Part shown: piece after piece, positions 17,382-26,333 of the stretch
How positions within the stretch are numbered: position 1 is the stretch's first letter
Layout of the letters: every line of letters starts with the position of its first letter
Origin: Verrucomicrobiota bacterium
Lineage (GTDB): Bacteria; Verrucomicrobiota; Lentisphaeria; Lentisphaerales; Lentisphaeraceae
Direction: 5' to 3'
Length of the DNA: 52,408 nt
Assembly (NCBI GenBank): GCA_039798785.1
Contig: JBDKFG010000069.1
Coordinates: 1-52,408, forward strand
The notes under the pieces: generated by a model
Told to the model about the DNA's origin: nothing
Seen by the model: the letters and a program-made list of their open reading frames with translations, nothing else
Database searches by the model: none
Program-made: the position numbers and the translations under genes

Positions 17382-18740
17382 TCAGGGGACTTCGCTACTC
17401 CTGGTTTTTTGCCCAATGCTCATATCGAGGGCGACGGTCGAAGGGGTTCGGCCCGACTGCAGCTTGAGCAGTGCCTGACGGGCCTGGCGCTGGCGCAAGC
17501 CCTCGAGCACAGTGCGCAGTTCCGCCACCGTCTTCACCGCGACACCGTCGACCTCAAGCAGCACATCCCCCTCGGAGACCAGAGGCTTGCCGAAATACGA
17601 CGAGGTCGCCGCCGGCGAACCCGCTTCGATGTCGGCGACCACCAGACCCTGGCGGACGAAGAGCTGGCGAGCATAGAAGTCCTCCGGCGTGATCTCATTG
17701 ACGGTGAGTCCGAACTCCTCGATGCTGACCCGCACCGGTTCAGGCCGCTTCAAGATCAGCAGGCGTCCCTCCTGGCTCCTGCCCTGACGCAGCCAGCGCA
17801 CCTTGACGTCGCGGCCGACTTCAACGGCGAGGTGCCGCCGCAATTGCGACACGGCGCGGATGCCGCGACCGGTGAAATCATGACCGTCGACTCCGACAAT
17901 GACATCACCGCTGCGGAGTCCGCAAGTCCATGCCGGCGATCCTTCCAGGACGCGGGTCATCAGGATCCCTTCCCGCGGCAGGCCGAGAGCGACCGCATCG
18001 TCCTCACTCACCGGCTCATAGGCGAAGCCCAGCCAGGGGTCGCCCTGCTGGGTCGCGGCCCTGCGGGTCGCCGCCGCTGGATCGACGAGGAAGCGGCGAG
18101 CCGCATCGGCGATGGCGTCGACGGCGATGAATTCCCCGCGAACGCCGCCGATGGCTACCACCCGCCCGTAGGCGTCGTAGAGCGGCTGGCAGAGCGAGGG
18201 CAGCTCCGCCGAATTGCCGGAGACGAAACCGTCTACCAGGACGAGGTCGCGCTTGCCGAGGATCACGGTGCGGACTGTTCCCGGCGAAGCGCAAGCTTCG
18301 TAATCGAGGCTACGTCCGCTGCGGACCACACCGACCACCGGATCGCCGCTCCGCAAGGCCAGGGCTTCGCCGAACTTCACCGGCAGGATCGGCAAGTCGG
18401 TGTCGATCTTCAGAATGGTGTAGAACATGCTCTTGTCCGCCTTGACGATGCGAGCGGGAAACTCTTCGCCCCTGATGAAGACTTTGACCTCCTCTGTGTC
18501 CGCCTCAGGAAGATAGAGGCAGAGCAGATGTCCCTTGCGGTCGAGAGCCAGGCTGTTCATCGTCACCTGCTTCCGGTCCTCGCCGCTGCGCAAGCTCACT
18601 TCAAGGAAGAAAACCGAGGATTCGGCCTCGGCGAGTCCTTGCTTGGCAAGGACTGCCGGACTGAGGCAGATCACTTCCGCCGGTTTCAACTGCTGACAGG
18701 CGCAAAGGGCGAGGAGACTGGCGAGGAAGAGCTGGCGCAT
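17382..18740 (-). CDS. HtrA/DegP-like protein with two PDZ domains, catalytic triad apparently degenerate
   Basis: Lipobox LCAC; trypsin-like fold cues (GDPVVGV, PLYDAYGRVVAI); PDZ motifs PWLG, GSPAW..GLRSGDVI, GSPAA..GDVLLEVDG. Confidence 0.75.
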   Translation of the reverse strand: MRQLFLASLLALCACQQLKPAEVICLSPAVLAKQGLAEAESSVFFLEVSLRSGEDRKQVTMNSLALDRKGHLLCLYLPEADTEEVKVFIRGEEFPARIVKADKSMFYTILKIDTDLPILPVKFGEALALRSGDPVVGVVRSGRSLDYEACASPGTVRTVILGKRDLVLVDGFVSGNSAELPSLCQPLYDAYGRVVAIGGVRGEFIAVDAIADAARRFLVDPAAATRRAATQQGDPWLGFAYEPVSEDDAVALGLPREGILMTRVLEGSPAWTCGLRSGDVIVGVDGHDFTGRGIRAVSQLRRHLAVEVGRDVKVRWLRQGRSQEGRLLILKRPEPVRVSIEEFGLTVNEITPEDFYARQLFVRQGLVVADIEAGSPAATSSYFGKPLVSEGDVLLEVDGVAVKTVAELRTVLEGLRQRQARQALLKLQSGRTPSTVALDMSIGQKTRSSEVP

Positions 18741-18884
18741 GGTCGAATCCCGGGATTGCTGATTGGCTCCCCAGCAGTTGACACCCAGTCGCGATTTTTA
18801 CCTCATCTCCCCCGCAGGCAATTGTCGCGTCGCAGGAGCGATGTATCTTAGGCCGCCCAAACCGCACAACTGGAGATTGCCATC

Positions 18885-19430
18885 ATGAAGAAAATGCTCG
18901 CCCTGCTCGTCGCCGCCCTCGCCTTCAGCAGCTGCACCTACGGTGCCAACCGCTGGAACGACTTCAAAGACGTCGTCACCGTCGACTTCGGCACCGGTCT
19001 CGGCGTCAAAGGCCGCGTCTCCTACATCGGCACCGGCCTGATCGTCAACAAGGACCGCTTCGGTCTCCGCGAAGGCAACATCGGCAGCTGGAACGGCGAG
19101 GAGACCCAGTCCTATGAAAGCGACCTGATCATCTACCGCGGCGGCGACTTCCGCACCCCCCTCGCCCCCGAAGTGGTCGCCCGCCGCAAGGAATCGTACG
19201 GCAACACCGGCTGGGTCGTCTGGGACATGCCCACCAAGGAAGGCATGAACTGGCACTGGGTCTCCCAGATCGAAGCCAGCGCCGGCCTCGGCATCTCCGC
19301 CCGCCTCGGCGCCAACCCCCTCGAAGCCGTCGACTTCGTCCTCGGCTTCACCACCCTCGACTTCTACGGCGACGACACCGCCCTCAGCGACGAGGAGAAG
19401 GAAGAAGCCGACAAAGCCGCGCAGAAGTGA
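18885..19430 (+). CDS. Hypothetical lipoprotein
   Basis: GGAG RBS; MKKMLALLVAALAFSSC lipobox; NPLEAVDFVLGFTTLD tail. Confidence 0.8.
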   Translation: MKKMLALLVAALAFSSCTYGANRWNDFKDVVTVDFGTGLGVKGRVSYIGTGLIVNKDRFGLREGNIGSWNGEETQSYESDLIIYRGGDFRTPLAPEVVARRKESYGNTGWVVWDMPTKEGMNWHWVSQIEASAGLGISARLGANPLEAVDFVLGFTTLDFYGDDTALSDEEKEEADKAAQK

Positions 19431-19442
19431 TACCCGCGCCTC

Positions 19443-19477
19443 GCAAAACCCCCAGCCGCATGGCTGGGGGTTTTGCT
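19443..19477 (+). terminator. Rho-independent terminator
   Basis: gcaaaacccccagcc-gcat-ggctgggggttttgc. Confidence 0.85.
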
Positions 19478-19571
19478 TTGGGAACTCACTGGGAGTCCCA
19501 CCCTCCGTGGCGGGCTGGATTTCCACCGCCGTTTGACAAAGCCCCGTCTCGCTGCAGATTCCCCCCGCCTT

Positions 19572-19672
19572 CCGGATCCCTCCGAGGCTGACAGGGGAAT
19601 CCCGTGCGAACCGGGAACTGACGTGCAACGGTATGCCGCGATGACGGACGAGTCCGAGCACCTACCCGGGCG
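19572..19672 (+). ncRNA. Cobalamin riboswitch (short variant)
   Basis: AGGGGAATCCCGTGCGAACCGGGAACTGAC..CAACGGTA..GAGTCCGAGCACCTACC core, directly upstream of a BtuB-like receptor. Confidence 0.8.
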
Positions 19673-19792
19673 CACTTCACGCGATGAGGCGCCTGGCGGA
19701 AGGGATCCGTGTCTACAACCTCATTGGATCCGCCGAGCTTTGCCACACCACCCAGGTGCGGACGACGCGTCGTCGGATCGGAAGGAACAGCC

Positions 19793-21700
19793 ATGATCTC
19801 CCATTCCTCGATTCTACTCGCCTCCATCTTCGCCCAGCAAGCCGCGGGCGACGCCAATGGCCTCTCCCCCGCCGCCAGCGCCGCCGCCCCGGCTGAAAAA
19901 ACGCCCTCGCCGATGATCATCACCGCCGACCGTTGCGCCACCCCGGCCGAAAGCCAGGGAAGGAGCTTCAGCATCATCGGTGGCGAAGAAATCCGCCGCA
20001 GCGGCATCACCCGCGTCAGCGACGCCATCCGGCGCATCCCCGGCGCCGTCAGCGCCGGCAACGGGCCGCACGGCACCCAGGCTCTCTTCATCCGCGGCGC
20101 CCACCAGTACCACAGCAAGATACTGGTCGACGGGCGCCCTCTCGCCAGCGCCAGCGAAACCCAGGTCAGCTCCCTCAGCTTCCTCGATGAGATCCCCCTC
20201 GACGACGTCGAACGTATCGAAGTGGTGCGCGGACCGCAATCGGTGGTCCACGGCTCCGACGCCATCGGCGGCGTCGTCAACATCATCACCAAACGCGCCA
20301 AGGAAGACGGCCATCACGGCAGCGTCTCGGTTGAAGGCGGCAGCCACGGCTATCTCCGCGAAGCCCTGACCCTCACCGGCAAGTCAGGCGCCTGGGACTG
20401 GCACGCCCTGGGATCGCACGCCTATGAAAAAGGCGTCAGCGCCCAGAAGGCGGCGCAATACCGCGATCACGACGCCTGGGAGAACAGCTCCGGCCGCCTC
20501 GGCCTCGGCTACTCCCCGGTCGAACAGGCTCGCTTCTTCGTCGACGGCGAAACCCTGCGCGGCCGCAATGAATGGGACGGATCGGTCTACCCGCCCTGGC
20601 CCGCCCCCAGCGTCCCCGCCCCCTGGGAAGCTGACAACCGCCATCGCGGCCTCCGCCTCGGCGGCGAATTCACCGGCCTCGCCGAAGGCCTGGTCGACAG
20701 CAGCCTGGTCTACAGCCAGGGCCGCAGCAAGCGCCTCTTCGAAGTCGAAAACCAGCCCGTCGAAAACACCGAGTATCACGATCTGACGCAGCGGATCGAA
20801 ACCGTCAACACCCTGCACGCCAACGACTGGCTCGACCTCGTCTTCGGCGCCGACTACGAAGAGCAGAAAGCCGGTGGCCACGGCGCCTGGACGCCCCCCT
20901 CCGGACGCATCCACAGCTTCGATCAGTTCGCCGAAGCGCGCGGCCATTGGGACGACCGCTACTTTCTCACCCTCGGCGCCCGGCACACCGATCACGACCT
21001 CTTCGGCGAGCACTGGACCGGCCAGGTCTCCGGCGCGATCAAATTCCCGGAGCCCGGCACCCGCCTGCACGCCAGCGCCGGCACCGGCTACCGCGCCCCT
21101 TCGATCTTCGAATTGCTCGGCCCCAACGGCAGCCCCGACATCGCCGCCGAAGAAGCCGAAAGCTTCGACCTGGGCGTCGAGCAGCAGATCGGCGATTCCC
21201 TCAATGTCGGCAGCACCTTCTTCCACACCGAGCTCAGCGACATGATCGACTTCGTCAGCGCCGACGCTCCGCCCTGGGGCTACTACCGCAACGTCAGCTT
21301 CGCCCGCATGTACGGCTTCGAAAACGAGGCCAAATGGCAGGCCGCCGAAAACCTCGGCTTCCGCGCCAACTACACCTGGCTGCACACCGAAGACGACCAG
21401 GACGACGAACTCGCCCGCCGTCCCACTCATCTCGGAAGTTTCGGCGCCGACTGGCAGATCGACGACGACTGGCGCCTCAACTCCGACCTGATGGCCTCCG
21501 GCACGGCCTTCTCCGGCAATCATGAATCCGACAAGCTCGCCGGATGGGCGACGGTCATCGCCGGCCTCGGCTACCGAGTCCGCAAGGACCTTGAGATCAC
21601 CGGACGGATCACCAACCTCTTCGACCAGGATTACGAAGTGGTGAAAGGCTTCAACACCTACGGCCGTTGCTACTACCTCGGAGCGACCTGGAGCTTCTGA
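19793..21700 (+). CDS. btuB: TonB-dependent receptor, cobalamin transporter-like
   Basis: TonB-box-like MIITADR, plug motif ERIEVVRGPQSVVHGSDAIGGVVNIITK, NLFDQDYE..GR.YYLG..WSF C-terminus; B12 riboswitch upstream. Confidence 0.85.
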   Translation: MISHSSILLASIFAQQAAGDANGLSPAASAAAPAEKTPSPMIITADRCATPAESQGRSFSIIGGEEIRRSGITRVSDAIRRIPGAVSAGNGPHGTQALFIRGAHQYHSKILVDGRPLASASETQVSSLSFLDEIPLDDVERIEVVRGPQSVVHGSDAIGGVVNIITKRAKEDGHHGSVSVEGGSHGYLREALTLTGKSGAWDWHALGSHAYEKGVSAQKAAQYRDHDAWENSSGRLGLGYSPVEQARFFVDGETLRGRNEWDGSVYPPWPAPSVPAPWEADNRHRGLRLGGEFTGLAEGLVDSSLVYSQGRSKRLFEVENQPVENTEYHDLTQRIETVNTLHANDWLDLVFGADYEEQKAGGHGAWTPPSGRIHSFDQFAEARGHWDDRYFLTLGARHTDHDLFGEHWTGQVSGAIKFPEPGTRLHASAGTGYRAPSIFELLGPNGSPDIAAEEAESFDLGVEQQIGDSLNVGSTFFHTELSDMIDFVSADAPPWGYYRNVSFARMYGFENEAKWQAAENLGFRANYTWLHTEDDQDDELARRPTHLGSFGADWQIDDDWRLNSDLMASGTAFSGNHESDKLAGWATVIAGLGYRVRKDLEITGRITNLFDQDYEVVKGFNTYGRCYYLGATWSF

Positions 21701-21719
21701 GTCGCCGCGACCGTTCGAT

Positions 21720-21743
21720 GCCGCGAGGGGGAGTCCTCGCGGC
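21720..21743 (+). terminator. Hairpin after btuB
   Basis: gccgcgagg-gggagt-cctcgcggc. Confidence 0.5.
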
Positions 21744-21833
21744 ATTGTCGCGCAAGGAAACTGTCAAGTCCCGCAGACGCGGCTTGCTGATCCTGGCGCC
21801 GGGCCGATCTTCCGGGCCTTTGCAAGGATTTCC

Positions 21834-22694
21834 ATGAACCCGATCGCGATCCTGGTTTTTGTCACCGTCGTCTGGGGCAGCACCTTCCCCATCCTCAAGG
21901 AACTGAGCCAGGCGCCCGGCCTGGACGGCATGGCGATCTCGGCCCTGCGCTTCTTCATCGCGGCCCTCTGCCTCGCGCCCCTGGCGGCCAGGATCCCCGC
22001 GGCGACCTGGAAGGCCGGCGGCGTGCTCGCGATTCTCGCCTTCATCAGCTATGTCAGCCAAGCCTGGGGCTTGAGCTACATATCGTCGAACCGCTCCGCC
22101 TTCATCACGTCAGTGAGCGTTCTTCTCGTCCCTCTGATCGGCTGTCTTCTCGGGCGTTTCCCCGGCCCGAAGCTGATCGCCGCGGCCGCGCTGGCCCTCG
22201 GCGGCCTGGGTTTCATGTCGTGGGAGGGCGGCGGCGACCTGCGCGGCGATTCCCTCACCTTCCTCTGCGCCCTGTGCAACGCCTTCTACATCATCGCCCT
22301 GTCGAAAATCGCGGCAGGGCACAAGCCGATGCATCTCGCCGCTTCGCAGGTCTTCCTGATGGCCGCGCTGGCGCTGCCGGCGCTTGCCGGCACCGGCAGA
22401 AGCCCGGCCCAGCTTCTCGAGGCGGCCTCCGGCTCGTGGCCCGCCCTGATCTATCTCGGCGCCGTCGCCACCGCCGCCATGCTGGCCCTGCAATCCCTGG
22501 CCCAGATCCGGGTGCGCGCCGAGGACGCCGCCCTGATCTTTGCGCTCGAGCCGGTCTTCGCCGCCGCCATCGCCTATTTCTGGATCGGCGAGACCCTCGG
22601 CCCGAGAGCGCTCTTCGGCGGTTTCCTGGTGGTCGCCGCGGTGATCTGGGCCGAACGGAACTCGCGCCCGGCCGAATCAACTCCCCCCTCCTGA
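21834..22694 (+). CDS. EamA/DMT family transporter
   Basis: VWGSTF, about 10 TM helices, ALIFALEPVFA, IGETL. Confidence 0.9.
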   Translation: MNPIAILVFVTVVWGSTFPILKELSQAPGLDGMAISALRFFIAALCLAPLAARIPAATWKAGGVLAILAFISYVSQAWGLSYISSNRSAFITSVSVLLVPLIGCLLGRFPGPKLIAAAALALGGLGFMSWEGGGDLRGDSLTFLCALCNAFYIIALSKIAAGHKPMHLAASQVFLMAALALPALAGTGRSPAQLLEAASGSWPALIYLGAVATAAMLALQSLAQIRVRAEDAALIFALEPVFAAAIAYFWIGETLGPRALFGGFLVVAAVIWAERNSRPAESTPPS

Positions 22695-22789
22695 CCCCCT
22701 CCTGACCCCCTCCCTGCCTCTGCCGCCAGCGGCTGGCAGGGCGCGAACCCGGGGATAAAGTCGCCTAGGAAAGACCAGGGGGCGAGGCC

Positions 22790-23362
22790 ATGACCGCAGC
22801 CAGTTCACGCTACGACACCCGACTGAGCCTGCTGCGGCGCATCAGCGCCCGCGAAGAAGACGGATGGCTCGAGTTCTATCAGAAATATTCGCCCCTGGTC
22901 CGCTGGCTCTGCCGCCGCAAGGGCCTCCCCGGCGAGGAGGAGATGCGCCTGGTGGTGCAGGCGGTGATGATCCACTTCGCCAAGCTCGACTGGAAGTACG
23001 ATCCTGAACGCGGCCAGTTCCGCAACTTCATCCTCAAGGTGGCCGAGCTGAAGATCCACGAAGTCCGGCGCGAAGGGGCTCGCCCCCCCGCGGCAGGCGA
23101 GGCGCCGGAGGAGCTGCCCGACGAAGCCGATCCGCTCGCCGCCGCAGGACGCCAGGAACTGCTCGAACGCGCCCTGCTGCTGCTCTGCGACGATCCCGAG
23201 GTCGATCCCCAGCAGCTCTGGATCTTCGACCAGCTTCTCTCCGGCCGCAGCTACGAGGATCTCGCCGGGAAGACCGGCCTCACGCCCGGCAACCTCAGGG
23301 TGATCAAACACCGTGTCCTGCTGCGGGTCCGCCGCCTGGTCGAGCGCGAAGGCCTCCGGTGA
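22790..23362 (+). CDS. ECF RNA polymerase sigma factor (kinase-associated, PVC type)
   Basis: TRLSLLRRI..WLEFYQKYSPLV, YDPERGQFRNFI, region-4 HTH SYEDLAGKTGLTPGNLRVIKHR. Confidence 0.85.
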   Translation: MTAASSRYDTRLSLLRRISAREEDGWLEFYQKYSPLVRWLCRRKGLPGEEEMRLVVQAVMIHFAKLDWKYDPERGQFRNFILKVAELKIHEVRREGARPPAAGEAPEELPDEADPLAAAGRQELLERALLLLCDDPEVDPQQLWIFDQLLSGRSYEDLAGKTGLTPGNLRVIKHRVLLRVRRLVEREGLR

Positions 23363-24900
23363 AAAGCTGCCTGACCGAGGAGCGCCTCGCGGCGCTGGCC
23401 GAATCGGAGCCCGAAGCCGAAGAACGGCAGCATCTCGAAATCTGCGCCGAGTGCGCCGCCCTGCTGGCGGAAATGAAGGCCGGGGAAGCTCTTTTCGCCA
23501 GCCTCAAGTCCGGCGACGGACTGGTGTTCGGCGATTACCGGGATTGCCTCGAAATCGCCGGCGGCGCCATGTCGCGGGTCTACCGCGGCCGGGCCCGCGA
23601 CGGCTCGCTGGTGGCGCTGAAAGTCTGCCGCCGCCAGGATCTGCTGCCTCTCTTCCGCAACGAGGCGCGTCTGCTGCGCCTGTGCCGCGATCAGGCGGTT
23701 CCCGGCGTCATCCCATTGATCGCCGTCGAGCTCGAGCACCTGCCGGCCTACATCGTCACGCCGTTCTTTTCTCGCGGCACCCTGGAGCAGTCGCCCCCGC
23801 AAGGCTCAGCAGCGCTCCTCGCCTTGGCCCGGCACCTGGCCCTGACCCTGGAGCATCTCGCCCGCCTCGGCATCGTCCATGGCGACCTGAAGGCCTCGAA
23901 CGTGCTCATCGGCGAGGACGGCTGTCCCTGGCTGGCCGACCTCGGCGGCTCGCGGCGGGTCAGGCCGGCCACCGTCGACGGACAGGCGCCCCCGAGCCTG
24001 CTGGGCACTTCCCTGTCTCTGGTCAGCCTGTCGCCGGAGCAGGCCCGCGGCGAGGAGCCGCGGCCGGCCTGCGACGTCTTCGCCCTCGGCATCCTGCTCT
24101 ACCGCCTCGCGTCGGGCGTCCACCCCTTTGCGGCGGCGAGCGACTGGGAGCTGGCGGCGAAGGTGCTGCGCGACCGCCCGGTGCCGCTGCGCCGCCGCGT
24201 CGCGGCGGAGCTTCGCCGCGACTTCGCCCCCCTGGTGATGGCCTGCCTGGAGAAGGATCCGGCGCGCCGCCCAGCCGCCGCCGAGCTGCGGCGCCGGCTC
24301 GAGCTGATGCAGCTGCGCTCGCCCCCCCGCTGGAGCCTCCTTGCCGCATTCGCCCTGCCCCCGCTCGCCGCACTCCTCTGGTGGATCCTGAGTCGGCCGG
24401 AGCTCCCTGCGATGCCTCCCGCCAGCGATGAGGAACTGGTCATCCGCGGCTTCAACGAATCGGCAGGCCTGGCAGCCGCCCTCGAAGCCTTCCGCCGCAG
24501 CGAAGACGAACGCCGCAACGGCGGCTACGACGAAGAGCTCAAGGCCCGCAGAGATCTCGAACTGGAGCTGAAGAAGATCGACCCGGAATTCCGCCGCCTC
24601 CATGACGACATGGATGCCGTGCGCGAACACTACAAGCAGGACCGCAGCGACCTGCAGCGGAAAAAGGCCTGCTTCGACGGCATCGACATGATCCGCCGCG
24701 AACTGCGCCGCCGCGCGCCGCGCTGGCCTGCCTTGAAGGAGATGATGGCACGCTGGGAGGCCCTGGAGAGCCGCCGCGAAGAACGCACCGCGGAAGTCCT
24801 CGAATCCTTCTCTCCCGACGCGGCCCGCGAATATCGAGAGGCCCTGCGCAAAGTCAGGATCAGCCGCGAAGCGCTGAAAGCGGAAAGCCTGGCTCAGTGA
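23359..24900 (+). CDS. Membrane Ser/Thr protein kinase with N-terminal ZAS-like motif and helical extracytoplasmic domain
   Basis: HLEICAEC; VALKV; HGDLKASN; DLG; SPEQARG; DVFALG; DPARRP; TM; GTGA coupling to the sigma gene. Confidence 0.88.
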   Translation: MKSCLTEERLAALAESEPEAEERQHLEICAECAALLAEMKAGEALFASLKSGDGLVFGDYRDCLEIAGGAMSRVYRGRARDGSLVALKVCRRQDLLPLFRNEARLLRLCRDQAVPGVIPLIAVELEHLPAYIVTPFFSRGTLEQSPPQGSAALLALARHLALTLEHLARLGIVHGDLKASNVLIGEDGCPWLADLGGSRRVRPATVDGQAPPSLLGTSLSLVSLSPEQARGEEPRPACDVFALGILLYRLASGVHPFAAASDWELAAKVLRDRPVPLRRRVAAELRRDFAPLVMACLEKDPARRPAAAELRRRLELMQLRSPPRWSLLAAFALPPLAALLWWILSRPELPAMPPASDEELVIRGFNESAGLAAALEAFRRSEDERRNGGYDEELKARRDLELELKKIDPEFRRLHDDMDAVREHYKQDRSDLQRKKACFDGIDMIRRELRRRAPRWPALKEMMARWEALESRREERTAEVLESFSPDAAREYREALRKVRISREALKAESLAQ

Positions 24901-25053
24901 CCCTCGCCCCTGGCCCGGAGTGAGCAGCCATCCCTCCTCGGCACACGCGCCTATCGAAAAAAAATCGCGGCGCGCGTAACAAATCGGCGGCGGGACTCAA
25001 GACCCGTTCAAGAGGATGCGGACCTCCTCGAAATCACCAAGGAAACCCACACC

Positions 25054-25536
25054 ATGAAAAAACTGCTGATCGCCCTCTCTCTCGCCAGCCTCGTCGCCCA
25101 AGCCGAAGACGCCCAGGACCTTGAAAGCGCCCGCAAAAAGGTGTCCTCCGTCAACTACCGCGAATCCCAGGGTGACTCCCAGATCGCGGAACTCGCCGAC
25201 AAGGAATACCGGGCCCGCTGCGCCGTCGAAATCGCCCTCAAGAAACTCGACAAGGATTTCGCCAAAACCCACGCCATGTACATCGCCGCCCGCTCCAAGC
25301 TGCCCGTCGACGCGGTGGAATCTGAGAAGAAGGCTTACTACGCCGTCCTCGACACCATGGTCGCCGAAATGCGCGACAAGACCCGGGGGCGTCCGGAGCT
25401 GGCCGACTCGGTGAACGCCTGGAACTCCGCCATCGCCGCCAAGGAGGATTTCATCGCCGCCAAGATCGCCAAGCGCGACGCCGCCAAGGCCGACGCCTAC
25501 CGGAAGGCGCTGCAAGTGGTCCGCGCCAGCCGCTGA
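25054..25536 (+). CDS. Secreted alpha-helical protein paralogous to the kinase extracytoplasmic domain
   Basis: AAGGA RBS; signal peptide MKKLLIALSLASLVAQA; aligns by eye to the kinase C-terminus. Confidence 0.85.
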   Translation: MKKLLIALSLASLVAQAEDAQDLESARKKVSSVNYRESQGDSQIAELADKEYRARCAVEIALKKLDKDFAKTHAMYIAARSKLPVDAVESEKKAYYAVLDTMVAEMRDKTRGRPELADSVNAWNSAIAAKEDFIAAKIAKRDAAKADAYRKALQVVRASR

Positions 25537-25563
25537 AGGCTGGAGCCTTGCCGCCGGGGACCC

Positions 25564-26315
25564 ATGAAACCCACCAATTCAACCTGGATTCCGAAGCTGA
25601 GCTTGGGCTCAGCTCGGGAATCCGAGTCAAGATTCAAAATTCAAGATTCAACAGAACGCGAACAAAATCAAAGATTTAACATTCAAGACTGAAGGCTGAC
25701 TCACAGCTTCAACTTCGGAATCGAGTCCTGGTCGTCATCGCCGTCATCGCCATCCTGCTGATGCTGCTCCTGCCCTCGCTCGGCAGCAGCCGCAAGCGGG
25801 CCGTCGCCGCACAGTGCAAGAACAATCTCCGCCAGTGCGGCATCGCAGTGCAAAGCTACCTCGGGGACAACGGCGGCAACATCCGCACCGGCTACATCCT
25901 GCCCGGCGAAATCTACTACACCCCCGTCCAGGTCTTCGCCCTGCTCGACAAGGGTCGCTACATCCAGATCGGGGACAGCACACGCTGTCCCTCCCTGCCT
26001 CCCTCGAACTCCTGGAAAGGCAGCGGCTACGGCACCCGCCACTTCAATGCGTCGAGGAACTTCGCCTCTCTAGGCAACAACGCCTGGTTCATGGGTTGCT
26101 CCTGGAAGGACGACCCGGCCGAATTCAACTATCCGATGATGTCCGCCAACAACGCCGAATTCGCCGAGCCGATTCTGATCCACGAACGCAGCTGCGACAT
26201 GCTGTTCACCGACGGCCACGTGGAATCGCTCCGCAGCAGCGGCCTCAAGAGCATCGGTTTCAACAACGCCTGGCTGGGCGACGAGGGCCCCTCGGCCCTG
26301 CGCCAATCCTTTTGA
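25564..26315 (+). pseudogene. Prepilin / H-X9-DG protein with disrupted N-terminus
   Basis: LVVIAVIAILLMLLLPSL..CKNNLRQC..HERSCDMLFTDGHVE is intact from 25728, but the FTLIE region and ATG (25564) are separated from it by the insert and out of frame. Confidence 0.65.
25587..25725. mobile_element. REP/MITE-like insertion
   Basis: Terminal IR gattccgaag...cttcggaatc; internal hairpin gattccgaagctgagc/gctcagctcgggaatc; AT-rich core with ttcaaga/ttcaaaa heptamers. Confidence 0.6.
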
Positions 26316-26333
26316 GAATCGAGGCCCGATTCC

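Noticed and set aside
22684..22713. ccccctcctga direct repeat after eamA
   Set aside because: Short low-complexity duplication of the stop region; no mobile element evidence
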